Of a stretch of 64,000 nucleotides of DNA, positions 40,507 to 50,172 are shown one piece after another. A model generated the notes under the pieces. It did not search any database. It saw nothing but the letters and a program-made list of their open reading frames with translations, and was not told the DNA's origin. The translations under genes were made by a program, and so were the position numbers. The stretch is taken from contig JBAZEZ010000005.1 in assembly GCA_041653615.1 (NCBI GenBank), forward strand, positions 23,289-87,288, given 5' to 3'. The stretch comes from Candidatus Ratteibacteria bacterium. Its GTDB lineage: Bacteria; Ratteibacteria; UBA8468; MWAK01. Position 1 is the stretch's first letter. Every line of letters starts with the position of its first letter.

Positions 40507-41046
40507 ATGGGTAAAAGAAAAAATTCTTACGATAATATTCTGAACGCGGCGGAAGCGGTTGTGCTGAAAGTGGGGGCCGCCCACATGACGCTTGATTCCG
40601 TAGCCCGGAAGGCCGGCGTCAGCAAGGGAGGTCTGCTGTACAATTTTTCCACCAAAGAGATTTTGTTAAAGGCGATGGTAAGCCGTTTGATTCGCTGTTT
40701 TGAGGAAGAACGGATAAAAAAGATAGCTAAAATGAAAGAGGAGCCGGCGCGGGAAATTAAAGCGCACATTCTTTCCATGCTTGCCCGGAACTGTCGGACC
40801 GACCGGAGTGCGTCCGCCTTGCTTGCCGCTATCGCGTATAACCCTAAATTAGTTGAGCCCATCCGTAAAGACGGTCTGAAATTTATGGCGGAGATTACTA
40901 CGCCCGGGCTTGGATTTGAGCGAAAAGCCATTATTTTGCTTGCGGCGATGGGACTCCATTTGCAGGAGGTCCTGCAGGTGTCCTGTCTGAACGAGAAACA
41001 ACGTAAAGGCGTAATTACCGAATTACTTCGGCTGTCCGAAGGATAA
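40507..41046 (+). CDS. TetR/AcrR-family transcriptional regulator
   Basis: ILNAAEAVVLKVGAAHMTLDSVARKAGVSKGGLLYNFSTKE is a TetR HTH motif. It lies upstream of the RND efflux operon. Confidence 0.8.
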   Translation: MGKRKNSYDNILNAAEAVVLKVGAAHMTLDSVARKAGVSKGGLLYNFSTKEILLKAMVSRLIRCFEEERIKKIAKMKEEPAREIKAHILSMLARNCRTDRSASALLAAIAYNPKLVEPIRKDGLKFMAEITTPGLGFERKAIILLAAMGLHLQEVLQVSCLNEKQRKGVITELLRLSEG

Positions 41047-41084
41047 ATTTTGACGAAGGCGGGCTTACAAACAGACAATATTTT

Positions 41085-41140
41085 TGTAGGGGCGGGGTTA
41101 CATCCCCGCCCGCGGGAGGGGCACAGCCCCTCCCCTACAT
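41085..41140. repeat. GC-rich REP-like composite hairpin element
   Basis: tgtaGGGGCGGGGttacatCCCCGCCCgcGGGAGGGGCacaGCCCCTCCCctaca. The first hairpin is identical to the one at 997-1019. Confidence 0.6.
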
Positions 41141-41156
41141 TGCAAGGGAGTCAATT

Positions 41157-42275
41157 ATGGACAGAAACGTTTTGAGAAAAAGAACCGGTCTGCCGGTTTT
41201 CGTTCCTATGCTTATCATTTTGTTTTTTCTTCCCGGGTGTTCCGGCAAGAAAGAAAAAACATTGCCGGTGGCGGAGAAGGTGCCGGTGACCGCGGTGGCA
41301 GCAACGACGAAGGATGTTCCCGTAAAATTGACCGCCATCGGAAACGTCCAGGCCTATTCCACCGTTTCGGTTACCTCGCGGGTTACCGGGCAGCTGCTTA
41401 ACGTATATTTCACCGAAGGTCAGAGTGTTGCCAAAGGGCAGAGACTTTTCCTGGTTGACCCGGAACCAAAAAAGATAACCGTCAGCCGTATGGAAGCGGG
41501 ACTGGCCGGGAACAACGCACAACTTCTTAACGCCCGGGTGGAGGAGCGCCGTTACGCAGAGTTGGTAAAGAAAGGATTTGTCGCCCAGGCGGATTACGAT
41601 AACATCCACACCCAGATGGCTGCGTTGGAGGCAATGGTACAGGGTGCAACCCAGGACTTGGAAAACGCCCGGCTTCAGTTGAGTTACTGCACGATTTACG
41701 CCCCGATATCCGGTCGGACCGGAAACCTGCTGGTACACCAGGGTAATCTGGTGGGCGTGGAACCCCTGGTGGTTATTAACCAGATTCAGCCGGTCCTGGT
41801 TACTTTTTCCATCCCGGAGCAGCGCCTGACTGAAGTCAGGGAATTTATGAAAAGCCATACCTTGAAAGTGGAAGCGGTTTTATCCGGAAGCCAGCCGCGT
41901 TCACTCTTTGGTTCGCTCACTTTTATCAATAATGCGGTCACCGCCAACACTGGTACCGTCGAACTGAAAGCCGTTTTTAATAATAGGGAAAACCTGCTTT
42001 GGCCGGGGCAATTTGTGAGCGTGGTCTTAAGTCTGACCACCCTGAAGAATGTGGTGGTCGTTCCCGCTCCGGCGGTCCAGATGGCCAGCGACGGACAGTT
42101 TATCTTTGTGGTCAAACCGGATTCTTCGGTGGAAAAACGGCTGGTTGAAGCGACGGCGGTTTCGGAGACCGAGATGATTGTGGAAAAAGGAATCAGCCCG
42201 GGAGAAACGGTGGTGACCGACGGACAGCTGCGCCTGATTCCCGGAGCAAAGGTAACGATTAAAGGCCAGAAATAA
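41157..42275 (+). CDS. efflux RND periplasmic adaptor subunit (AcrA-like lipoprotein)
   Basis: The lipobox FFLPGCSG is followed by HlyD/biotinyl-lipoyl-like and beta-barrel patterns. It precedes an RND pump. Confidence 0.8.
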   Translation: MDRNVLRKRTGLPVFVPMLIILFFLPGCSGKKEKTLPVAEKVPVTAVAATTKDVPVKLTAIGNVQAYSTVSVTSRVTGQLLNVYFTEGQSVAKGQRLFLVDPEPKKITVSRMEAGLAGNNAQLLNARVEERRYAELVKKGFVAQADYDNIHTQMAALEAMVQGATQDLENARLQLSYCTIYAPISGRTGNLLVHQGNLVGVEPLVVINQIQPVLVTFSIPEQRLTEVREFMKSHTLKVEAVLSGSQPRSLFGSLTFINNAVTANTGTVELKAVFNNRENLLWPGQFVSVVLSLTTLKNVVVVPAPAVQMASDGQFIFVVKPDSSVEKRLVEATAVSETEMIVEKGISPGETVVTDGQLRLIPGAKVTIKGQK

Positions 42276-42374
42276 TGTAGTGCGACCCTTTAAGGTTTTT
42301 AATGGTGTCATCCTGAGCCTTTTTTGCGAAGGATCTCGTTTTTAACAGCGAGATTCTTCGGCTAACGCCTCAGA

Positions 42375-45300
42375 ATGACAGGCAGAAAAACAATGAGTAT
42401 ATCTGAAATATTTATCCGTCGTCCGGTGGCAACGGTTTTAATCAGCATTGCCATTTTGCTGGCCGGTGTTGTTGGGTTTAAACTCCTTCCGCAGAGTACC
42501 ATGCCCAATATCGACCTTCCCACCATCCAGGTTACCGCTGCTTTGCCGGGCGCCAGCCCGGAAACGATGGCTTCTTCGGTCGCCACTCCGCTGGAAAAAG
42601 AATTTTCCGCCATTTCCGGATTGGACTCCATGAATTCCACCAGTTCTACCGGGATGACCCAGATAACCCTGCAGTTTAATCTCAGCCGTAAAATCGACGC
42701 GGCCGCCCAGGATGTTCAGGCAGCCATATCCATAGCTTCCTATCAACTACCCAGCGATATGCCTGCTCCGCCTTCATACCAGAAGATTAATCCGGCGATT
42801 CAGCCGATTCTGTTTCTGAACGTTACTTCGGAAACGATGCCTCTTTCCAGGGTAAATTATTACGCATCAAAATATATTTCCCAACGTCTTTCCATGGTAG
42901 ACGGTGTCGCGCAGGTTCAGGTCTACGGGGCGCAGAAATACGCGGTCCGGATTCAACTCGACCCGGAGAAACTGGCCGCGCACTCGGTTGGAATGGACGA
43001 GGTCGTAGCCGCTATTAAAGCAGGGAACGTAAATTTGCCCACCGGAGTTTTGAACGGCAGCGCCAGGACTTTTACCGTTGAATCGAACGGACAACTGGAA
43101 AACGCCGACGCCTACCGTAATTTGATTATTGCTTATCGCAACGAATCTCCGCTGCGCCTGGGAGAGGTTGCGCAGGTGATTGACAGCGTGGAGGAGATTA
43201 GGACGGCCGCCTGGTTAAACAATGACCAGCGTGCCCTTGTGCTGGCTATCCAGCGCCAGCCCGGCACCAATACGGTGGCCGTGGTGGACCGGGTCAGAAA
43301 ATTGCTGCCGGAGCTCCAGGCACAACTGCCGGCCTCAATAAAATTAGAAATTTTCTTTGATATGTCCCAATCCATCCGGGAGTCGGTACGCGAGGTTAAA
43401 TTCACCCTGCTTATCACGATGCTCCTGGTGATAATGGTGATATTCCTCTTTTTGCGGAATGTGCCGGCGACCGTCATTCCGGGCGCGGCGCTGGCTATGT
43501 CCATCATCGGCACTTTTGCCGTAATGTATTTTTCCGGTTTCAGCCTGAATATTCTTTCCCTGATGGCCCTGTCTCTCTGTACCGGTTTTGTGGTTGACGA
43601 CGCCATCGTCATGCTGGAAAATATCGTCCGGCACGTGGAGCATAAGGAAGAGCCCTATCAGGCCGCTCTGAACGGGTCGAAGGAGATCGGTTTTACGATT
43701 ATCGCCATGACGCTTTCGCTGGTGGTGGTTTTTGTTCCGGTCCTTTTTATGGGAGGGGTATTAGGGCGCATCTTTAAGGAATTCGCGGTTACCATCAGCG
43801 CGGCAATCCTTATTTCCGGGTTTATCTCCCTGTTTCTTACGCCCATGCTGTGCAGCCGTTTCCTGAGAGTCCACCCGGTCGGTGAGAAGCATAACCGGTT
43901 TTATAATTACTTGGAAAACGGTCTGGCTTGGCTGCGGCTTGGATACGAAAAGAGCCTGCGGAAGGTTATGGAGTACCGGTTGGTCACCATCGTGATTGGT
44001 TTTGTGGTTTTAATTGCCACCGGTTTTCTTTTCGCAAGAATACCCAAAGGTTTTATTCCGAACGAAGACTGGAACGTTCTTCTTACCCAGACCGAAGCTG
44101 TCCAGGGGATATCTTTTGATTCCATGGCTGCTCATCAGCGGGCGGTGGCCGAGGTCATCGGACGTAATTCCAACGTTGAAATGATAATGCACGTGGTCGG
44201 TTTTATGGGTACCGCCAACACCGGCTTTATGTTCGTGCGCTTGAAGCCCAGGGTTGAGCGTACCCTGGACGCGGACGGAGTGATTGAATCGTTGAGAGGG
44301 GAAATCTCCGGAATTCCGGGTATTAAGGTCTTTATGCAGAACCCGCCGGCAATTCCCATCGGCGCCCACGAGATGAAGAGCCCGTATCAATTTACACTGC
44401 AGAGCCCGAATACCGCTGAACTCTACCGTTATACCGAAATACTGGAAGAAAAGATGAAAGGCATAGAAGGGATTCAGGATGTTTCCAGCGACCTTCAGAT
44501 GCAGAACCCGCAGGTTAAAGTGGAGATAGACCGGGATAAGGCTTCGGCGTTGGGTATCTCTTCCTACCAGATTGAAGACCTGCTTTTCAGCGCTTACGGT
44601 TCCCGGAAAGTTTCCACCATCTTTATGCCGGAGGACCAGTATAACGTAATACTGGAATTACAGGACCAGTATCAGCGGGACCCATCGGCGCTGTCAAAAC
44701 TTTACCTGCATTCTAATACCGGCGCTTTAATTCCGTTGAGCGCGGTGGTAAAGACGGGGCAGAGCGTAGGACCGGTATCGATTAACCACCAGGGTCAGCT
44801 TCCGTCGGCAACAATAGCATTTGGTCTGAAACCCGGAATATCTTTGGGAGGTGCCAGCGCCGCGGTAAAGAAAATGGCAATCGAGACCCTGCCGACCAGC
44901 ATCAACGGAAATTTTCAGGGAACAGCCCAGGTTTTTCAGTCTTCCGCCAAGGGTTTTCTCTGGCTTTTCCTGGGGGCAATTTTAATCATTTATATAGTCC
45001 TGGGAATTCTTTACGAAGATTTTATTCATCCGATTACGATTTTAAGCGGGCTTCCGTCCGCCGCGTTCGGCGCGTTGCTGGCTCTTTTAATCTTTAGGAT
45101 GGAACTGAATATTTACGCGATAGTGGGAATTTTGATGCTGATTGGAATCGTGAAGAAGAATGCTATTATGATGATTGATTTTGCGGTTCAGGGGATGAGA
45201 AACGAGGGAAAGAGCGGGAAAGAGGCGATTCTTGACGGCTGTCTGATTCGTTTCCGGCCCATTATTATGACTTCAACCGCTGCTTTCATCGGCTCTTTGC

Positions 45301-45476
45301 CGATAGCGATTGGGCTTGGCGCTCACGCGGCCGGCCGGCGTCCTCTGGGATTGGCGGTGGCCGGCGGCCTTTTGTTTTCGCAGATACTGACCCTTTATTT
45401 GACCCCGGTCTTCTTTACCTATATGGAGGATTTCAAAAAGTGGCTGAAGCGGTTTTCCCGGCATAAAAATTTATAA
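42375..45476 (+). CDS. multidrug efflux RND transporter permease (AcrB/HAE1 family)
   Basis: The 1033-aa protein begins MSISEIFIRRPVATVLISIAILLAG, a typical HAE1 start, and has 12 TM helices. Confidence 0.9.
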   Translation: MTGRKTMSISEIFIRRPVATVLISIAILLAGVVGFKLLPQSTMPNIDLPTIQVTAALPGASPETMASSVATPLEKEFSAISGLDSMNSTSSTGMTQITLQFNLSRKIDAAAQDVQAAISIASYQLPSDMPAPPSYQKINPAIQPILFLNVTSETMPLSRVNYYASKYISQRLSMVDGVAQVQVYGAQKYAVRIQLDPEKLAAHSVGMDEVVAAIKAGNVNLPTGVLNGSARTFTVESNGQLENADAYRNLIIAYRNESPLRLGEVAQVIDSVEEIRTAAWLNNDQRALVLAIQRQPGTNTVAVVDRVRKLLPELQAQLPASIKLEIFFDMSQSIRESVREVKFTLLITMLLVIMVIFLFLRNVPATVIPGAALAMSIIGTFAVMYFSGFSLNILSLMALSLCTGFVVDDAIVMLENIVRHVEHKEEPYQAALNGSKEIGFTIIAMTLSLVVVFVPVLFMGGVLGRIFKEFAVTISAAILISGFISLFLTPMLCSRFLRVHPVGEKHNRFYNYLENGLAWLRLGYEKSLRKVMEYRLVTIVIGFVVLIATGFLFARIPKGFIPNEDWNVLLTQTEAVQGISFDSMAAHQRAVAEVIGRNSNVEMIMHVVGFMGTANTGFMFVRLKPRVERTLDADGVIESLRGEISGIPGIKVFMQNPPAIPIGAHEMKSPYQFTLQSPNTAELYRYTEILEEKMKGIEGIQDVSSDLQMQNPQVKVEIDRDKASALGISSYQIEDLLFSAYGSRKVSTIFMPEDQYNVILELQDQYQRDPSALSKLYLHSNTGALIPLSAVVKTGQSVGPVSINHQGQLPSATIAFGLKPGISLGGASAAVKKMAIETLPTSINGNFQGTAQVFQSSAKGFLWLFLGAILIIYIVLGILYEDFIHPITILSGLPSAAFGALLALLIFRMELNIYAIVGILMLIGIVKKNAIMMIDFAVQGMRNEGKSGKEAILDGCLIRFRPIIMTSTAAFIGSLPIAIGLGAHAAGRRPLGLAVAGGLLFSQILTLYLTPVFFTYMEDFKKWLKRFSRHKNL

Positions 45477-45481
45477 ATTAT

Positions 45482-45598
45482 TTGGACGCAGATTTTCGCA
45501 GATAACCGCAGATACAGATTAAAGAATTGCTTTAAATAAGTACCTTAAAATTATCGTCTGATCCTTATCCCGTAGTTTCTGAGCTTATCTGCGTCCAA
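45482..45598. mobile_element. MITE-like element, family A, copy 4
   Basis: ttggacgcagattttcgcagataaccgcagatacagattaaagaattg...gagcttatctgcgtccaa. It starts 6 nt after the RND stop codon. Confidence 0.7.
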
Positions 45599-45638
45599 AG
45601 GAAATTCTTAGGTAATTAAATTATTTCAGGAGGTTGTT

Positions 45639-46916
45639 GTGGTGAAAATAAAATATATTTTTCTGATTGTTTGTATTCTTTTCGCCGGTTGTTTTTCGGT
45701 TCGGGCGGAAGAGGCCATCGCGAAAAATTCAACCCTTACCCTTGACCAATGTATTCGGGTCGGACTGCAAAACCACCCGGATATCGCGGCCTATGCCGGC
45801 AATGTCAATGTCTACCAGGCCCGGGTCGGTCAGGCCAGGTCTGCTTATTATCCTCATTTTAGTTTAACATCCGGATATTCCCGCGATAAAATGACTCCGC
45901 CCCCGACTATGCCTGAGATGTTGAGTTATTCCGTTGGTCTTTACCTCAACCAGAACATTTATGATTTTGGCCAGACCGGCAGCAAGGTAAAAATTCAGAA
46001 TCTAAATCTGGGAGCCGCCGCTTTGGACCTGGACGCGGTTTCAAACCAGGTTGCCCTGAATATAAAACAATCCTATTACGCGGTATTGAAGGCGGAGAAG
46101 AATAAGGAGGTGGCTGAAGAATCTGTCCGGGTGTTTGGAAAACATCTTGACCAGGCGAAGGCGTTCTTTTCCGTGGGGCAGAAACCCCGTTTTGACGTTA
46201 CCCGGGCCGAGGTGGATTTAAGCGGCGCAAAATTAGGGCTCATTAAGGCCGAAAACGCTTTGAAGGTTGCCCGGGTGACGCTGAATAATGCCATGGGCGT
46301 TCCGTCTGCCCCGGAGTATTCAATTGAGGATAATCTTTCGTTCCAGAAATATCAGGTGACCATGGAAGAGGCGCTGGCCAGGGCGTACTCAAACCGGCCG
46401 GACCTGAAAGGGGTCGTTGTCCGGAAAGAGGCGGCGCTGGAATCGGTCAGGTTGGCCCGTAAGCAGTATTTGCCCGTTATTTCCGGAACCGCGAGTTACT
46501 CGCAGGGGAATGACGAGTTTCCGCTTAAAGAAGGATGGGGTGTCGGCGTTAATCTGGCGGTACCGATTTTTAATGGGTTTGAAACCAAAAACCGGGTGGC
46601 GGAGGCTAGAGCGGCCGAGACGGTTCTGCGGGCAAACGAAGAATCGCTCCGGCAGTCCATCATACTTGAAGTACAGCAGGCGTATCTGGGTTTACGGGAA
46701 GTGGAAGACAGTGTTTCTACTTCAGAGCTTCTCGTAAGGCAGGCGCGGGAAAGTTCCGAGATTGCCCAAGGCCGGTATGATGCCGGCGTGGGAAGCCCGC
46801 TTGAAGTTACCGACGCGCAGATTACTTACGTGGAAGCCCGGCAGAATTATATTGAGACGCTTTATCAATATCAGGTTGCCCGGGAATCGCTTCAGAAAGC
46901 CATGGGACTTCAATAG
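45639..46916 (+). CDS. TolC-family outer-membrane efflux protein
   Basis: It has a signal peptide and two OEP repeats (…LTLDQCIRVGLQNHPDI…; …EEALARAYSNRPDL…). Confidence 0.8.
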   Translation: MVKIKYIFLIVCILFAGCFSVRAEEAIAKNSTLTLDQCIRVGLQNHPDIAAYAGNVNVYQARVGQARSAYYPHFSLTSGYSRDKMTPPPTMPEMLSYSVGLYLNQNIYDFGQTGSKVKIQNLNLGAAALDLDAVSNQVALNIKQSYYAVLKAEKNKEVAEESVRVFGKHLDQAKAFFSVGQKPRFDVTRAEVDLSGAKLGLIKAENALKVARVTLNNAMGVPSAPEYSIEDNLSFQKYQVTMEEALARAYSNRPDLKGVVVRKEAALESVRLARKQYLPVISGTASYSQGNDEFPLKEGWGVGVNLAVPIFNGFETKNRVAEARAAETVLRANEESLRQSIILEVQQAYLGLREVEDSVSTSELLVRQARESSEIAQGRYDAGVGSPLEVTDAQITYVEARQNYIETLYQYQVARESLQKAMGLQ

Positions 46917-46930
46917 AAAAGGAGGGGAAA

Positions 46931-47254
46931 ATGGCCGAGTGTTTTTTTCACATGGGGAGACCGGCGGTAACTCGTTGTAAACAGTGCGGGAAACCGCTTT
47001 GTTCCGACTGCCGCCTGGTGACCGAAGACGGTCTTTTTTGCGGTGACAAGTGCGCGCAGACCGCCAGTGTTTTTGCGAAAAGGTCACAGAATTTGGAAGA
47101 GAAGAGATCGGCGCGGCGCAAAGGGGTTCCGGCCGGGTTGATTAGATTTATTATATTTGTGATTGTTGTCGTGGTCGTTTATAATTTAGGTAAGCAGCTT
47201 ATAGCCCAGGGATTTGTGGAAAAGTTACTGCAAACCATTAAAAGAACCGGGTAG
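46931..47254 (+). CDS. zinc-ribbon (B-box-like, Cys-rich) protein with C-terminal TM helix
   Basis: CKQCGKPLCSDCRLVTEDGLFCGDKC is followed by FIIFVIVVVVVY. Confidence 0.4.
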   Translation: MAECFFHMGRPAVTRCKQCGKPLCSDCRLVTEDGLFCGDKCAQTASVFAKRSQNLEEKRSARRKGVPAGLIRFIIFVIVVVVVYNLGKQLIAQGFVEKLLQTIKRTG

Positions 47255-47266
47255 CGGGGAGGTTCC

Positions 47267-48517
47267 ATGCCAACTGACGATTTTAACGAAAAAACAAATT
47301 CGAGAGTCAGCCAAAAAGAAGGCCGGGACATTCGCGGAGGGCAGACCGAAGAAGACCAGACAGCGGCTGTACAGCTTTCCAATATCGTAAATCAGGCGAT
47401 TAGTTCCAAAGCAACTGACATTCACCTGGAAGTAGAAGAAAACGGACCTAAGCTCCGCTACCGGATTAACGGCATCCTTTATGAGTTTCCGGCGCCTTCC
47501 GCCGAACTTTACTCCCGCGTTATTTCCCGGTTGAAGGTCCTCTCCGACCTTGATGTTTCCGAAAAGAGAATTCCGCAGAGCGGCTATGCTTCCTACCGGG
47601 CCGGAGACCGGAAGATTGACATGAGAATTTCCATCTTCCCTTCCATTTTTGGCGAGTCTTCATCTATCCGCGTTTTGGACCGCAACAATATCGTCCTGGG
47701 TTTTGACCGGCTTGGGTTTTCCCCGGAGATACTGCCGCAGTATCTCCGTCTGCTGGAATTGACTTCCGGAATGGTCCTGGTAACCGGACCGACCGGCGGG
47801 GGAAAGACTACCACGTTGTATGCTTCGCTTAACAAAATTCGGAACGGACGAAAAAAAGTTATTACGCTTGAAGACCCGGTGGAGTATCATATTGCCGGCG
47901 TTACCCAGGGGCAGATAAATCCCAAAGCCGGTTTCACCTTCGCGGCCGGGTTGAGGTCAATCTTGCGGCAGGACCCGAACGTGGTTATGGTTGGTGAAAT
48001 TCGGGATACCGAAACCGCGGCTACCGCCATGCAAATTTCTTTAACGGGTCAGATGGTTTTTGCCACGCTTCACACCAATACCGCCCCGGGCGCGGTAACC
48101 CGGCTCCTGGATATGGGAATTGAGCCCTATCTGGCGGGTTCCTCTCTGGTGGGTGTAATCAACCAGACGCTGGTGGGCCATATTTGTCAGAAATGCAAAG
48201 AAGAGTATCAGCCGGACCCGGATATTTTGGTCGAAGCAGCCGGTGATTTGGAGAAGTTCGGGAAGATAAAATTTTTACGGGGCAAGGGTTGTCCGAATTG
48301 CAACCAGTCCGGTTATCAAGGAAGGATTGGACTGTATGAACTCATGGTTATCAATTCTCGGCTCCGGGCGACAATTTTGCGGAAACCTTCTACGGAAGAG
48401 GTGACCGGCGTGGCTCTTGAATCCGGTATGATAACGATACGGCAGGACGGCTTGAAAAAAGTGGCCGAAGGTATCGTTACGATTGAAGACATGGTTCAGG
48501 TTACCCGTCGCGAATAG
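47267..48517 (+). CDS. GspE/PilB-family secretion ATPase (short form lacking N1 domain)
   Basis: VTGPTGGGKTT is a Walker A motif. Asp/His boxes are present. CQKCKEEY...CPNCNQSG is the tetracysteine motif. Confidence 0.8.
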   Translation: MPTDDFNEKTNSRVSQKEGRDIRGGQTEEDQTAAVQLSNIVNQAISSKATDIHLEVEENGPKLRYRINGILYEFPAPSAELYSRVISRLKVLSDLDVSEKRIPQSGYASYRAGDRKIDMRISIFPSIFGESSSIRVLDRNNIVLGFDRLGFSPEILPQYLRLLELTSGMVLVTGPTGGGKTTTLYASLNKIRNGRKKVITLEDPVEYHIAGVTQGQINPKAGFTFAAGLRSILRQDPNVVMVGEIRDTETAATAMQISLTGQMVFATLHTNTAPGAVTRLLDMGIEPYLAGSSLVGVINQTLVGHICQKCKEEYQPDPDILVEAAGDLEKFGKIKFLRGKGCPNCNQSGYQGRIGLYELMVINSRLRATILRKPSTEEVTGVALESGMITIRQDGLKKVAEGIVTIEDMVQVTRRE

Positions 48518-48518
48518 T

Positions 48519-48637
48519 CCGATTCGTCTTCATTCATATAGCGGCGTTGGCCGCGCGTCAGCTTCCTCGGCGTACTTCCGTGTACGCCTTCGTTGTTTAC
48601 TTCTCGCCGCCTTGCTCTATTTCTGAATACGAATCGG
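48519..48637. mobile_element. MITE-like element, family B, copy 1 (TIR CCGATTCGTCTTCATTCAT ... TTCTGAATACGAATCGG)
   Basis: It begins 2 nt after the gspE-like stop. A near-identical copy lies at 52660-52780. Confidence 0.65.
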
Positions 48638-48647
48638 TGTACAATTT

Positions 48648-49337
48648 ATGTTTATCAATAATTATAAGCGGTTGCTAAAAGCGGCGCAGGTTGGGGACGC
48701 CGCTAAAATCGGCGTCCTGATAGATAGAAAAGCCGATGTTAACGTCCGGAACAGCCGCGGGCTTACGGCTTTGCTGATTGCGGCGCGAAACGGCTGCGAA
48801 GACGCGGTAAAGGTTTTGCTCTCCGGCGGCGCGGATGTGAATGCCGCAGACGAGCAGGGAAATACCGCCCTGATAACGGCGGTGGAGCAGAATTATTTGG
48901 AAATCGTAAAGACGCTATTGGCGGGAGACGCGGTAGCGGACCGTTGCAATCATGGGGGCGAGACGGCTTTGATGACGGCTTCCAGGAAAGGTTTTGCCGA
49001 AATAGCGGAGTTGTTGATAAAAGGCGGAGCAGATGTTAATCTTAAAGACAAAGAAGGCGTCACGGCTCTGATGCTGGCGGCGGCGCGCGGCCACACCGGG
49101 ACAGTCCGGATGTTGATAGAAGGCCGGGCGGATTTGAATGCCCGGAACAATATTGGTTTTACCGGTCTGATGTTTGCCTGCTGGAAGGGACGGACCGAAA
49201 CGGTGAAGGCGTTGCTCGCCGGTGGCGCGGATGTTAATGTTAAGAAAGAGGACGGTGTTACCGCCATGATGTCCGCGGCTGTCGCCGGGCACGCGGAGAT
49301 TGTTCAGATAATCAAGGATGCCGGCGCCAAAGGATGA
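48648..49337 (+). CDS. ankyrin-repeat protein (about 6 repeats)
   Basis: Repeated G.TALM.AA..GH..IV..LL..GADVN units are present. Confidence 0.85.
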   Translation: MFINNYKRLLKAAQVGDAAKIGVLIDRKADVNVRNSRGLTALLIAARNGCEDAVKVLLSGGADVNAADEQGNTALITAVEQNYLEIVKTLLAGDAVADRCNHGGETALMTASRKGFAEIAELLIKGGADVNLKDKEGVTALMLAAARGHTGTVRMLIEGRADLNARNNIGFTGLMFACWKGRTETVKALLAGGADVNVKKEDGVTAMMSAAVAGHAEIVQIIKDAGAKG

Positions 49338-49347
49338 GGTCCCTAAT

Positions 49348-50082
49348 ATGAAAATATTTCGTGCTGTTGTGTTCAGGTCAGCTCTTACCTTTCTTCTGAC
49401 GGTGACCGCGTGTTTGACATGCGGCGCCGCGCCGCGTGTAGGTTCGCCCGAAAATCCTTTCGTGCTTACATCTACCACCCCGACTCTTCGTTGGGAAAAA
49501 GTTCCCGGCGCGGATTTGTACGCCCTGTACGTCAGCCGGTATCCTTACGAGTCGAAAGATATTGTTTTTAAGAATGAGTCGCTGAAGAAGACATTTTTTA
49601 AGGTTCCGGACGGTTGTTTGGTTGACGGCGAGCGATACCATTGGAACGTCACGGTCCGGAAAAAGTCCGAATGGAGGGATTCTTCCGAACCTTTTTATTT
49701 CCGGGTTAAACTCAATAAACCGACGGCCCGGGATTGGTACCGGCAGGGAAACGCTGCTTTCGAAAGAGAGGAATACGATACGGCGCTGCGTTGTTACACG
49801 AAATTGATTGAAATGGAACCGGATTTGGCCGAGGCTTATCACGTTCGCGGTACGGTTTATGGAGCTAAGAGCGAATACGAAAAGGCTTTGACCGATTTTG
49901 ACCGCGCGATTCGGCTGGACCCTGATTACGGCGAGGCTTATTACGGCAGGGCGATAGTCTATTCCGCGCAGCAGGAATACGGTAAAGCGGCGGCGGATAT
50001 TACAAAATCCAAGGCCCTGGGTTTTCCGGTCAACCCGAAGATGGTTGAATTGCTGCTTAAGGTTACCGGGGTCAAGGAATAG
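49348..50082 (+). CDS. secreted TPR-repeat protein
   Basis: A signal peptide at MKIFRAVVFRSALTFLLTVTA is followed by three TPR units (…AEAYHVRGTVY…; …GEAYYGRAIVY…). Confidence 0.65.
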   Translation: MKIFRAVVFRSALTFLLTVTACLTCGAAPRVGSPENPFVLTSTTPTLRWEKVPGADLYALYVSRYPYESKDIVFKNESLKKTFFKVPDGCLVDGERYHWNVTVRKKSEWRDSSEPFYFRVKLNKPTARDWYRQGNAAFEREEYDTALRCYTKLIEMEPDLAEAYHVRGTVYGAKSEYEKALTDFDRAIRLDPDYGEAYYGRAIVYSAQQEYGKAAADITKSKALGFPVNPKMVELLLKVTGVKE

Positions 50083-50172
50083 CAAGGTTCTACCGCTGCC
50101 GGTAAGCCGCCGCCCGGCGTTTTTTCACAGGTATAATTAAACAGAATTCGGGAAAATGTTATCTAATCAATT

